Positions 1-8,924 of a stretch of DNA of 64,000 nucleotides are shown piece after piece. A program made the position numbers and the translations under genes. Within the stretch, counting starts at the first letter, position 1; each line of letters begins with the position of its first letter. The DNA comes from Nanobdellota archaeon (GTDB lineage Archaea; Nanobdellota; Nanobdellia; Woesearchaeales; UBA583), in NCBI GenBank assembly GCA_048625195.1, contig JBMCRE010000001.1, forward strand, positions 5,396 to 69,395, given 5' to 3'. The notes under the pieces were generated by a model. That model did no database searches, had not been told where the DNA came from, and was given only the letters and a program-made list of their open reading frames with translations.

Positions 1-1304
1 TGTGAAGGTGCTTTGAATTTTTTAGTGTTTATAGAAAAAGAAAACATTTTTAAAAATTCAATCCATTTATTTATTTCTCTTATATTTTCAACATTAATTG
101 TAGTTCCGTTTTTTAGTTGTACATATTTTCTACTTTTTAACATTAGTTGTTTTACAAATTCTAAATCAAAATATTCATCTCCTATTTTAAATTTTAATGT
201 AAATTCTAATAAATTTAATTTTTTATCTAAATTAGTGTCTAAAATAAAACTTGCTTTATCATTTTTCAATTTTAATTCTTGACCATGTTTGTAATTAATT
301 TCTAATAATTTTTGAGCATTTGGTAATACTTTATTGACAAAATTATTTAATTGAAAAATAGGAAGTACGATTTTAAATGGTCCTTTTATATATCTTCTAT
401 ATGTAATTAGACTATTTTTAAAAATATCTTCGAATATGTCTTCACTAAGCTCTTCATTGCTAACATATTTAATTAATTCATTGTTCTCTTTTATGATTTT
501 TATCAAACTAGTTTTGTCTAACCAGTCTTTAGTATCTAAATATTTATAATCATCTATCTTGTATGTTTTATTCCCAATTTTATATTTTAATTCTACAACA
601 ATAAAATGATTAGTTTTATCTACTTCTAAAATATTTTTTGCAACCTTTTCTTTTATATTTAGTTGTTGTAAATTTTTAATGTCTTGTGATATTATAGTAT
701 TATGTTCTTTTTCTAGAGTATTTAGATATTTTTTCTCAAATTCAAAAAAAAAATCAATTGAAATATTATAAGATTTCAATAAAAGATTTTGGTAAAAATT
801 TGAGTCTAGTAAATTTGAAAGTTTATATATTTTATTTTCGTTTTTTTTATATATAAATGCTTTATCTAAACCAAATATAAAGTTTTTATCATCGTGTAAA
901 ATAAATTGTATTTCTCCATGTTTATCAATTTTTAATTCAATTTTTAACTTATAATTTTTATTTAAGAATTGAACATGTTTTTTATTATACAATATTTTGA
1001 ATGAACTATTGGTTAAATGTGCAAAAAAAAAATCAAAATCGTTTAATACCTGATAATATGCTTGAGTTTGTGAGAGTTTATGTATAATATAATTTAACAT
1101 AGTGTGGTCGTCTTTAGATAGAAAATTTTCATTTTCATTTAATTGTAATATAGATTGTATTTCAATACAATTTAATCTTTCATTGTTAATTGAACAAAAG
1201 AAATATAACTTGTTTTCTATATGTTCAAAGTTATAAACTAGTTTGTTAAATTTTTTTATTGACTCTTTTATGTTTTTGTATTTATTTGTTGATATATTTG
1301 ACAT
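1..1304 (-). CDS. Hypothetical protein, 3' end beyond window start (>=434 aa; ATG at 1304..1302)
   Basis: Minus-strand frame from the ATG at 1304 stays open to position 1. I checked several 60-nt blocks for in-frame TTA/CTA/TCA on the plus strand and found none, which is very unlikely by chance in this AT-rich DNA. It is absent from the ORF track, presumably because no stop lies inside the window. K/N/I-rich composition like the neighbouring genes. No recognisable domain. Confidence 0.45.
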   Translation of the reverse strand, partial: MSNISTNKYKNIKESIKKFNKLVYNFEHIENKLYFFCSINNERLNCIEIQSILQLNENENFLSKDDHTMLNYIIHKLSQTQAYYQVLNDFDFFFAHLTNSSFKILYNKKHVQFLNKNYKLKIELKIDKHGEIQFILHDDKNFIFGLDKAFIYKKNENKIYKLSNLLDSNFYQNLLLKSYNISIDFFFEFEKKYLNTLEKEHNTIISQDIKNLQQLNIKEKVAKNILEVDKTNHFIVVELKYKIGNKTYKIDDYKYLDTKDWLDKTSLIKIIKENNELIKYVSNEELSEDIFEDIFKNSLITYRRYIKGPFKIVLPIFQLNNFVNKVLPNAQKLLEINYKHGQELKLKNDKASFILDTNLDKKLNLLEFTLKFKIGDEYFDLEFVKQLMLKSRKYVQLKNGTTINVENIREINKWIEFLKMFSFSINTKKFKAPS

Positions 1305-1501
1305 TTTATTTTTAAAATTATATAATTTCTATATTATTGTAGGTAACTATATTGACACTAATTAATACGCATTTATAAGTTTTGGGTAGAAAAAAATAAA
1401 TTTCTTAGTACTTATTTTCAAATATTATAAAAAAAATATTGAGAAATAAATTATGATAACAATGTACATTAATATGATAAATAATTATGAGAATAAAAAA
1501 G

Positions 1502-3373
1502 TTATTTTAAAATAGCTTTTATTCTACGAACTCCTGAAGAGCTACTTTGTTCTTTAATAATTTTAAAAGTGCCTAAGTCTTTTATATTATCAACATGAGG
1601 ACCACCACAAATTTCTTTGGAATAATTTCCAATTTTATAAATAGATACTTTTTGAGGATATCTTTCCCAGAAATCTGCAATAACACCACTTTTTTTGGCA
1701 TCTTCTTTGTCCATTTCATGTTTTTCAACTTTTGCTCCTTGTTGAATTGCATTATTTATCCACTCTTCGATTTTTATTTTTTCTTCATTAGTTAAAGCTC
1801 TATCAAAGTTAAAATCAAATCTTAATCTTTTATCTGTAATATTTGATCCTTTTTGTCTTATTTGGTTTGATTTTAAAACTTTTTGTATTGCAGATAATAG
1901 TAAATGTGTTGCCGTGTGATATTTTTTATTGATTAAAGAGCTGTCTGCAAGACCTGCTTTGAATTTTTTTTCTGATCCAATTCTTGATAATTCTTGATGT
2001 TTTTTTAATTCTTTTTTAAAATCATTTTCAATATTTTCATGGATTTTAATGTTTTTTTCTTTTGCAACTTCTAATGTAATTTCTTTTGGATATCCATAGG
2101 TTTGTAGTAAGTTAAAAACTTCAATTCCAGTTAATTCTTTATTAATTAATTTTTCAATTTCTTTTTCTCCTTTAATTAAGGTTTTTTGAAATTTTTTTTC
2201 TTCTTGTTCTAATTGTTCTAGTATTTTACTTTTATTATCTAATAATTCAATATAAGTATTTTTATATGTTGCAATTACAGTTTTAGCAAGTTGTTTTGTG
2301 AAATTTTCTTTAATACCTAATTTATATCCGAATCTTATTGCTCTTCTAATTAATCTTCTTGTGAAGTAGCCTTGATCTTTATTTGATGGACAAACACCAT
2401 CTGCAATTAAAAATGTAGACGCACGAATATGATCCATTATTATTCTAAATAATCTTGTATCTGAATCATTTATGCCATATTTTTTTTTAGATAATTCTTC
2501 TAATTTTTTTCTTGTGAGTTCAAATAAATCGCCCATAAAAACATCAGGATTATCTATTACAGCAACTGATAATCTTTCTAGTCCACCGCCAAAATCTATA
2601 TTCTTACCACTTAACTCTTCAAAACCATCTTTGGTTTTTTTATATTGCATAAAAACATTATTTCCAATTTCTAAAAATCTACCACAATCACATGCAGGGT
2701 GACATGGACTATTTTTATATTTTGAATTTTCATGAAGTTTTAAATGTGCTCCAAAATCCCAAAACATTTCTGAGTCGGGTCCGCCTGGCTCTCCAATTGG
2801 CATATTTTCTGGGACTCCTGCTCTTGACCACCAATTTTCTTTTTCATTATAATAAAAAATTCTTCCACCTTGCATTCCATTTTTTTCTGCCATATCGACT
2901 GCTTTGGCATCAATTTTGTATTTTTTAAATTCTTTTTGCCAAATTTCAACAGCTTCTTCATCGCGAGGAATTCCAAATTTTTTGTTTCCTCTGTATACTG
3001 AAACATAAATTCTTTTAGGATCAAGATGTAATTCTTTAGTTAAAAATTCAAATATCCAAGTTATTTGTTCTTTTTTAAAATAATCTGCTAATGACCAATT
3101 ACCAAGCATTTCAAAAAAAGTTGTATGTCTATTATCTCCAATAGAGTCATCATCGTCTAATTCTCCTGCACGAAAACATTTTTGAGAATCAACAATACGA
3201 TTTCCCATAGGATGTTTTTCTCCTAATAAATATGGAACCATTGGTTGCATTCCAGAACCAGTAAATAAGGTAGTTGGGTCATTTTCTGGAACAAGAGGAG
3301 CAGACTGGATAATAGCATGTCCTTTGCTTTGAAAAAACTGTAAATATTTTTCTCTTATATCATTTGTTTTCAT
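1502..3373 (-). CDS. alaS: Alanyl-tRNA synthetase, bacterial/eukaryal-type, catalytic + tRNA-recognition + editing domains, no C-Ala domain (623 aa)
   Basis: N-terminus KGH..LVPENDPTTLFTGSGM, then QKCFRAG and RHTTFFEMLGNWS (bacterial-type motif; archaeal type has FEMMAHHAF). Also VFMQYKK, GGGLERL and DH.RASTFLIADGV.PSN. Editing-domain motifs HTATHLL and CGGPHV. Protein ends right after VRRIKAIL. Confidence 0.85.
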   Translation of the reverse strand: MKTNDIREKYLQFFQSKGHAIIQSAPLVPENDPTTLFTGSGMQPMVPYLLGEKHPMGNRIVDSQKCFRAGELDDDDSIGDNRHTTFFEMLGNWSLADYFKKEQITWIFEFLTKELHLDPKRIYVSVYRGNKKFGIPRDEEAVEIWQKEFKKYKIDAKAVDMAEKNGMQGGRIFYYNEKENWWSRAGVPENMPIGEPGGPDSEMFWDFGAHLKLHENSKYKNSPCHPACDCGRFLEIGNNVFMQYKKTKDGFEELSGKNIDFGGGLERLSVAVIDNPDVFMGDLFELTRKKLEELSKKKYGINDSDTRLFRIIMDHIRASTFLIADGVCPSNKDQGYFTRRLIRRAIRFGYKLGIKENFTKQLAKTVIATYKNTYIELLDNKSKILEQLEQEEKKFQKTLIKGEKEIEKLINKELTGIEVFNLLQTYGYPKEITLEVAKEKNIKIHENIENDFKKELKKHQELSRIGSEKKFKAGLADSSLINKKYHTATHLLLSAIQKVLKSNQIRQKGSNITDKRLRFDFNFDRALTNEEKIKIEEWINNAIQQGAKVEKHEMDKEDAKKSGVIADFWERYPQKVSIYKIGNYSKEICGGPHVDNIKDLGTFKIIKEQSSSSGVRRIKAILK

Positions 3374-3509
3374 TATAATAATAAGATAATGTAAAGATTT
3401 TATAAAATTATTGATATTGATTTGATTTTTAAAGAAAATAACATATTTAAATATATTTTATTTGATTTTAATTAGATTAAAGATTTTATTAATTAATTTA
3501 AATTAAGTA

Positions 3510-3695
3510 CTAATATAATTCTAAAATCTCAGCACTAACTGCTGCTTTTCCACCTCTTGGTACAGCAATAAGTTCATTGCAATCTTTGTTTAAACAATAT
3601 ACTTTAGTAGATGCTCTACCAAATATAACCTGTTCGTTACCACATTTATGGCATTTAATTTTAATAAATCCTGATTTTTTTTTGCTATTATCCAT
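3510..3695 (-). CDS. rps27e: Ribosomal protein S27e (C4 zinc ribbon)
   Basis: IKCHKCGNEQVIFGRASTKVYCLNKDCNELIAVPRGGKA matches the S27e CxxC..CxxC / P.GGKA signature. Confidence 0.8.
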   Translation of the reverse strand: MDNSKKKSGFIKIKCHKCGNEQVIFGRASTKVYCLNKDCNELIAVPRGGKAAVSAEILELY

Positions 3696-3696
3696 T

Positions 3697-4098
3697 TTAT
3701 CTGTATGATTTTTGTCTCTTTGATCTTGCTTTTGAATTTCCTGGTTTATACATTTCTTTAAATCTAGTATCTGTTACTAATAGACTTCTATCGTATTCTA
3801 ACATTTTTTTCTTTAAATTGTCATCTTGAGTGATTTCAATTAATGCTTTTGCAATTGCTTGCCTTATAGCATCTACTTGTGAATTTTGACCTCCACCTAA
3901 TACATTAACTTTTATGTCATATTTGTTTTGAGAATCTGCTAATATTAGTGGTTCGTTAAGTTTTAATTGTAATAAGTTATTACTAACATAAGAGTTATGT
4001 TTTTGATTGTTAATATAAAATTCTCCTTTTCCTTTTTTTAAAACTGCTCTTGCAACTGCTGTTTTTCTTCTTCCTGTTTTTAATACTGCCTTTACCAT
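3697..4098 (-). CDS. rps9: Ribosomal protein S9 (uS9)
   Basis: GGGQNSQVDAIRQAIAKAL core and C-terminal ...KPGNSKARSKRQKSYR tail. Position after L13 as in archaeal operons. Confidence 0.85.
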   Translation of the reverse strand: MVKAVLKTGRRKTAVARAVLKKGKGEFYINNQKHNSYVSNNLLQLKLNEPLILADSQNKYDIKVNVLGGGQNSQVDAIRQAIAKALIEITQDDNLKKKMLEYDRSLLVTDTRFKEMYKPGNSKARSKRQKSYR

Positions 4099-4099
4099 T

Positions 4100-4552
4100 T
4101 TATTTTGACTTATTGTATCCTAATTTTTGACTGATATCTCCAACTTTAGTATAATAAAATACTGAATCATTATTTATTTTCACATTATCAAAATTTGCTT
4201 TTTGAGCATTAATTAGTGTACTAGGAGTTGAGTTATAACATTTGAGTCTTTTAAATGCTTCTGCACCTCTTTTATTTTTGTAAGGAAGCATATTTCGAAA
4301 TGCTCTTTTTACAATATCAGCAGGGCTTCTTGAATAATAAGGTCCTTGTTTGATAACTTTATTTGTTAATTTATTTTTATATTTTTCAAATAAATAATTT
4401 TTTCTTCCTAGTATAACAATATCTTTACAATTTACAATTTTGATATTTTCTCCTAATAGTAATTTTTTTGATATTTCACTTGCTAGTCTGCCTAGTATTA
4501 GATCTGTACCATCTATGATTGTTATATTTTCATCTTTAATTTCTTTTTTCAT
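4100..4552 (-). CDS. rpl13: Ribosomal protein L13 (uL13)
   Basis: IIDGTDLILGRLASEISKKLLLGENIKIVNCKDIVILG is the L13 N-terminal signature. Confidence 0.85.
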   Translation of the reverse strand: MKKEIKDENITIIDGTDLILGRLASEISKKLLLGENIKIVNCKDIVILGRKNYLFEKYKNKLTNKVIKQGPYYSRSPADIVKRAFRNMLPYKNKRGAEAFKRLKCYNSTPSTLINAQKANFDNVKINNDSVFYYTKVGDISQKLGYNKSK

Positions 4553-4563
4553 TTTTAATACCT

Positions 4564-5157
4564 CTACAATTGTTCCTCTAATTTTGTTATTTTGTCTATG
4601 ATTATCTCAATTGCCTTATTATATATTACTTTTGGCTCTAATTGCCCAAAAGGTTCTATAATTAATTCTAGTTTGTCATCTGTTTCTTGTAGATAAGAAT
4701 GTGCTGGTGACCATTTTGCATGTTCTTTTCCTTGTCCTAATATTGCTCTTAAATTTAAATCTAATTGATGATTTTTAAAAAGTTTAGTAATAGGAATTTC
4801 ATTATCTACTGGAACAATTTGAGGATCATCAGATTTTATAGAACAAGAATAAACAAATCCTGGTTCATTTTGTTTTAATGACATCTTAACCTCGCACATT
4901 GCACAGCCTACTCCACCACAACTACATTGACTTTTGAAATTATAGCTTTGAATATCTGTAGTTAATGGAATTAATCCTAACCTTTGTGCAATAGTTTCAT
5001 CATAAAGAGGAGATTCATTTTTAATAACTTCTACTTCTTCAATTGCAATTGTTGGAACTTCTTCTAATATAATTCTTCGAATTGAATTTACAATAGTATT
5101 GTATCCTTTTTCAAATGTAATAAATGCTTTGTTATTTTTTTGAGTGAATTCGACCAT
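4564..5157 (-). CDS. rpoD: DNA-directed RNA polymerase subunit D (Rpo3)
   Basis: Position between S11 and L13 as in the archaeal S13-S4-S11-RpoD operon. Cys cluster CSCGGVGCAMCEV typical of the archaeal Rpo3 Fe-S module. N-terminal dimerisation-domain similarity. Confidence 0.8.
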   Translation of the reverse strand: MVEFTQKNNKAFITFEKGYNTIVNSIRRIILEEVPTIAIEEVEVIKNESPLYDETIAQRLGLIPLTTDIQSYNFKSQCSCGGVGCAMCEVKMSLKQNEPGFVYSCSIKSDDPQIVPVDNEIPITKLFKNHQLDLNLRAILGQGKEHAKWSPAHSYLQETDDKLELIIEPFGQLEPKVIYNKAIEIIIDKITKLEEQL

Positions 5158-5165
5158 TTTGGATT

Positions 5166-5603
5166 TTAAACTCTTCTACCTCTTCTACCTGATTTTTTTC
5201 TACAACTATCATGTGGTACTGGTGTTACATCTTCAATTCTTCCTAACTTTATACCATTTCTTGTAAGCATTCTAATTGCAGCTTGAGCTCCTGGACCAGG
5301 TGTCATTGGTCCATTGTGTCCACCAACACCTCTTAATTTGACATATAAGGCATTAATGTTTGATTTTTTACATCCTTCTGCAATCTCTTTTGCAGCTGCC
5401 ATAGCTACATTAGGTGTTGCTCTTAGTCTGTCTGACTTGGAAACCATACCACCTGTGACTTTTACAAGCGTTTCTGAACCAGTTATGTCTGTAACATGAA
5501 GATGAGTATTGTTATATGACGAATAAATATGTATAATCCCCCAGTTTAATATATTTTCTTTATTTTCTTGTTTTTGTTCTTCTTTTTGTGCCATTTTATT
5601 CAA
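5166..5603 (-). CDS. rps11: Ribosomal protein S11 (uS11)
   Basis: [18 protein letters not shown]...[16 protein letters not shown]...[23 protein letters not shown]. The true start is probably the second Met (5594), which removes the 8-nt overlap with S4. Confidence 0.85.
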   Translation of the reverse strand: MNKMAQKEEQKQENKENILNWGIIHIYSSYNNTHLHVTDITGSETLVKVTGGMVSKSDRLRATPNVAMAAAKEIAEGCKKSNINALYVKLRGVGGHNGPMTPGPGAQAAIRMLTRNGIKLGRIEDVTPVPHDSCRKKSGRRGRRV

Positions 5604-6231
5604 TTACCTCAGAAATTTCTTCATCATCAAGTTTAGCTTCTTTTTTGTCAAAATCTTCTTCTTTTTTGTTTAGAGGAATTTTTTCCATTTCTTCAACTTC
5701 AACCATACCACCACTTGCTAAAACCCTTTCAGGATGACTTTCATTATTTAGAGAAGATTCATTTTTAAATTTAATTAGAGGTTCTTCTAATAGTGAGACT
5801 GTATATGAGGGTGAATTTACACATTGATTCCCAACTAGAACATGTCCATGTACAATAAATTGTCTTGATTGTGCTGGAGTTCTTGCCATTTTGTTTTTAT
5901 ATAAGATATTAGATAATCTTCTATCTAAAATATCTCTTATTTGAATATCTAAAACTTCATCTAGAGATTGGGCGCTTGGGTCTAAAAAGCCTAGAGTTTT
6001 TAATTTTTCAATGAATTGTTTTGCTTCATCACTTTGTTTGGTTTGTATATTAGTATTTAACGATTTTGCAATTTTTTTGTAATTAGATAATTTTAATTCT
6101 ACTTTTCTTATAGCTTTTTTATTCTTTAACGAATAGTCATTCATTAAAATTGATTCGTCTTCAATAGTTTTTTTATCCCATCTTTTTTTATGAGATATGA
6201 ATTTTTTCCTATGTTTTTTTGCTAATCCCAT
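5596..6231 (-). CDS. rps4: Ribosomal protein S4 (uS4, archaeal S4P type), with an acidic C-terminal tail
   Basis: [41 protein letters not shown] (S4 RNA-binding domain). N-terminus MG.AKKHRKK like archaeal S4. C-terminal ~40 aa E/D/K-rich extension. Confidence 0.85.
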   Translation of the reverse strand: MGLAKKHRKKFISHKKRWDKKTIEDESILMNDYSLKNKKAIRKVELKLSNYKKIAKSLNTNIQTKQSDEAKQFIEKLKTLGFLDPSAQSLDEVLDIQIRDILDRRLSNILYKNKMARTPAQSRQFIVHGHVLVGNQCVNSPSYTVSLLEEPLIKFKNESSLNNESHPERVLASGGMVEVEEMEKIPLNKKEEDFDKKEAKLDDEEISEVIE

Positions 6232-6233
6232 TT

Positions 6234-6737
6234 TTATTTGTTACCATTTAGTTTTTTTGATTTCATGGCTGCATACATTTTATTTTTTCTAAAGTTTGAC
6301 TTTGTTCTTTGACCTCTTAGAGTAACTCCAGCTTTTCTTCTTTGAGATTTATATGTTTTAAGCTTTGCAAATCTTCTTGTATTTTGTAATAATAAGAAGT
6401 CTATATCTTTAGATACATAGTGCAGATCTTCTCCAGTTTCTAATTCTTTTCTATTGTTTAATAACCATGTAGGTATTCCTACTTTTTTTGGATTACTTAA
6501 AAAAGATTCAATTTTTTCTACTTCTTCATCTGTTAGAGTATATATCTTTCTAGTTTTGTCAAATTTTAAAACATTACATAAAGCATTTGATAACATTACA
6601 TTAACGCCTTTAATTTGTGTAAAACCATACAGTAATGAATAAGTACCTTTAATGTCAGTATTAATAATTCTTATTTGTTCTACTTGTGATTCTTGAGTTT
6701 TAGCCATCTTGCTAATTATAGAAAAATCAAAAAGCAT
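6234..6737 (-). CDS. rps13: Ribosomal protein S13 (uS13)
   Basis: VRIINTDIKGTYSLLYGFTQIKGVN...KFDKTRKIYTLTDEEVEKI. First gene of the minus-strand r-protein/RpoD operon. Confidence 0.85.
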   Translation of the reverse strand: MLFDFSIISKMAKTQESQVEQIRIINTDIKGTYSLLYGFTQIKGVNVMLSNALCNVLKFDKTRKIYTLTDEEVEKIESFLSNPKKVGIPTWLLNNRKELETGEDLHYVSKDIDFLLLQNTRRFAKLKTYKSQRRKAGVTLRGQRTKSNFRKNKMYAAMKSKKLNGNK

Positions 6738-6760
6738 TTATAAAGATTTGCTAGTCTATT

Positions 6761-6770
6761 CCTTTATATA
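6761..6770 (-). promoter_or_regulatory. Putative archaeal TATA box (tatataaagg on the minus strand) 24-33 nt upstream of the S13 ATG; implies a leaderless or near-leaderless operon transcript
   Basis: The only TATA-like element at the expected -26/-30 spacing relative to the first operon codon. No Shine-Dalgarno-like sequence. Confidence 0.3.
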
Positions 6771-7082
6771 CTGTTTGTTACTACTACTAGTGTATTTGAA
6801 TCAATATAAAACTTAAATCATTTATCTTTGTTAATATTTAATTTTACAAATCTTTTTATGATATAGTAATGGTTTTTATAATAATAATAAGTGTTGTAAT
6901 AAATGTTTTCATATAATTATATAACTACATAATTTAGTAATAAAAAATGAAAAATGAAAATGTTTAAAAACTTCACATTAAATTTTATTCTTATTAATAC
7001 TTTATTAATATTTATATATTAATTAGATTTTATATATTAATATTAATTAAATTAATTATTAATAACTTGTGAAATTATACAA

Positions 7083-7721
7083 ATGAAAGAATCTGATGAG
7101 AAAAATTTTAATAATAAAAAAAATTATTACAAAAATAATGATAATGTATCTAATCAAAATTTTCGTAAAATAAGTAATAAATTTGATTTTCAAAATAAAT
7201 ATTTTTATATTCTATTTAGATATTTATTATTAATATTTTTAATATTTTTTTTTCAAACTGATTTTTTTAATAATATATTAATTGTAATTTTTACATTTAT
7301 ATCTTATTTTCTTTTAAAGAATGTTACACAAGTTGAATTATTAGAAAATTCCTTATTAATTAATAATGAGTATTTATTTTTGATAGTGGAGGAATGTATT
7401 GCACCTAGTGCTTATATATTTATTAGTTTAATATTTTTATCGATTCCAATTGAGATGAAAAATATCTTTAACATTTTAATCAGGTCAATTATATTATTTT
7501 CTTTTATTAATTTTATAAGGATTTTTCTTTTGATGTTAACACATATATACTATGGTGTTATTTTATTTGAAAAACTGCATATGATATTTTATGAAATAGT
7601 GAGTGGAATTATATTATTTTTTATTATAATTTATTATTTAAAAAAAGAAAAAATTAGAAAAAAATATCCTTTTATTTCAGATATTCAAAGGTTAATTTTT
7701 TCTTTTAGGAAAAAAGATTAA
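7083..7721 (+). CDS. Polytopic membrane protein with exosortase/archaeosortase-like motifs (alternatively CPBP/Abi-like)
   Basis: About 6 predicted TM helices. LIVEECIAPSAY resembles the exosortase active-site Cys region (..EACSG..S). INFIRIFLL resembles the conserved N-x-x-R-I helix. FEKLH could alternatively be the CPBP F-x-x-x-H motif. N/K-rich N-terminal tail. Confidence 0.35.
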   Translation: MKESDEKNFNNKKNYYKNNDNVSNQNFRKISNKFDFQNKYFYILFRYLLLIFLIFFFQTDFFNNILIVIFTFISYFLLKNVTQVELLENSLLINNEYLFLIVEECIAPSAYIFISLIFLSIPIEMKNIFNILIRSIILFSFINFIRIFLLMLTHIYYGVILFEKLHMIFYEIVSGIILFFIIIYYLKKEKIRKKYPFISDIQRLIFSFRKKD

Positions 7722-7752
7722 TTTTATAATTTATTAAATAATTGTTATATTA

Positions 7753-8163
7753 ATGGATGAGAATTTAAATTATCAAGAACGAGAATTATATATGCAAGAA
7801 TTAATGGATAATTATAATAATCCTAGAAATTTTGGAGTAATCAAAGATGATTGTTTTATTATTAAGAAAAAAAATACAACTTGTGGAGATTCATTTGATT
7901 TATATGTTCAATTAAATAATAGTAATTTAATAAAAGATATTAAATTTAATGGAGAAGGATGTGCAATTTCTACTGCTTCTTTTTCATTATTAACTCAAAA
8001 AATAAAAGGATTAAAAATTGAAGATGTAAAAAAGATAAATGAGAAAGATATAAAAAAAATGATAGGAATACCTATTAGTTATTCGCGACTTAATTGTGCA
8101 ATGTTGTCATTTAATGCTTTACAAGAATTTATTGATAAATATAATTTAAGAGATAACAAATAA
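7753..8163 (+). CDS. Fe-S cluster assembly scaffold, SufU/IscU (NifU N-terminal) family
   Basis: NYNNPRNFG, then CGD (first Cys), then NGEGCAISTASFSLLTQ (GxGCAISxAS SufU signature), then LNCAMLSFNAL third Cys. Confidence 0.7.
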   Translation: MDENLNYQERELYMQELMDNYNNPRNFGVIKDDCFIIKKKNTTCGDSFDLYVQLNNSNLIKDIKFNGEGCAISTASFSLLTQKIKGLKIEDVKKINEKDIKKMIGIPISYSRLNCAMLSFNALQEFIDKYNLRDNK

Positions 8164-8205
8164 TCTGTTTAGTATTATGTTGTAAATTGTTATATTATTA
8201 AATAT

Positions 8206-8700
8206 TCAAGGATATAAATCAGTTTTGTACGATGTCATTCCTCTTGGCATGGTAAATTTTATAGGAACATTAGTGTTTTTCTTAATATATCTGGTATTTA
8301 TTATTACATAATCATTTTCATTGATTTCATATCCTAGAGGTAATTGAAATTTTAATTCAATTACATCATCTGTATTTATATAGTTTTGTTTGAATTTTTT
8401 TCCTTTGTTGCTATAATTATAAGTGTAAGTATTTTGATCTAGTGTATTACCTGCTTTATAAGTGATAGTTTGAATTTTAGATGTTTGTAATTCAATTATT
8501 ATATCTTCAAAAAAAATTTCTACTGAGTCTTTATCTAATCTTGCCATAATACTAATATTATCTTGGCCTCCATCTATCTTGCCATTTTGAGTACCTACAA
8601 CATATACCCCAAATATTTCAAAATCACTTGAAAATTGATTATTCACTTGTTTTTTCGCATTTAGACCATCTTGTACTAAAATAAAACCAAATTCAATCAT
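8206..8700 (-). CDS. Hypothetical protein; possibly the body of a class III-signal surface protein separated from its signal peptide by a frameshift in a T6 run
   Basis: 164-aa ORF with no motif. Immediately upstream (8783..8706) is a 26-aa peptide MIKSKKAGHDSLILFMVALILSVFIF ending in TAA. One extra T in the TTTTTT run would fuse the two in frame. Confidence 0.4.
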   Translation of the reverse strand: MIEFGFILVQDGLNAKKQVNNQFSSDFEIFGVYVVGTQNGKIDGGQDNISIMARLDKDSVEIFFEDIIIELQTSKIQTITYKAGNTLDQNTYTYNYSNKGKKFKQNYINTDDVIELKFQLPLGYEINENDYVIINTRYIKKNTNVPIKFTMPRGMTSYKTDLYP

Positions 8701-8702
8701 TG

Positions 8703-8783
8703 TTAAAAAATAAAGACTGACAAAATTAAAGCAACCATAAATAGAATTAAACTATCATGACCTGCTTTTTTAGATTTAATCAT
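8703..8783 (-). pseudogene. 26-aa signal-peptide-like mini-ORF (MIKSKKAGHDSLILFMVALILSVFIF*); likely a detached N-terminus of the 8206..8700 gene (frameshift or phase variation)
   Basis: Read directly from the sequence. KKA + hydrophobic stretch is identical in style to the N-termini of the 11226, 8925 and 33259 genes. The stop lies 2 nt before the ATG at 8700. Confidence 0.3.
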
Positions 8784-8924
8784 AATTTTTTTAAAAATTG
8801 TTATTATTAACCTAATTTGTATTAATTAATTAGAAGTTACATGCTTATTATTATCATAAAAAATATAAAAAGTATAAGCTGGTATTTTTAATTAATTAAA
8901 ATTTCAATATTATAAAAATCAAGT

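Noticed and set aside
13-282. Track ORF, 89 aa, plus strand
   Set aside because: Low-complexity F/L/S/N-rich antisense reading of the real minus-strand gene 1..1304. No motif.
1595-3024. Track ORFs 1595..1795(+), 2472..2702(+), 2692..2928(+), 2740..3024(-) inside alaS
   Set aside because: All lie within the well-supported AlaRS coding region in other frames or strands. Composition typical of AT-rich shadow ORFs.
5314-5499. Track ORF 61 aa (+) inside rps11
   Set aside because: Antisense shadow of the S11 gene.
6454-6642. Track ORF 62 aa (+) inside rps13
   Set aside because: Antisense shadow of the S13 gene.
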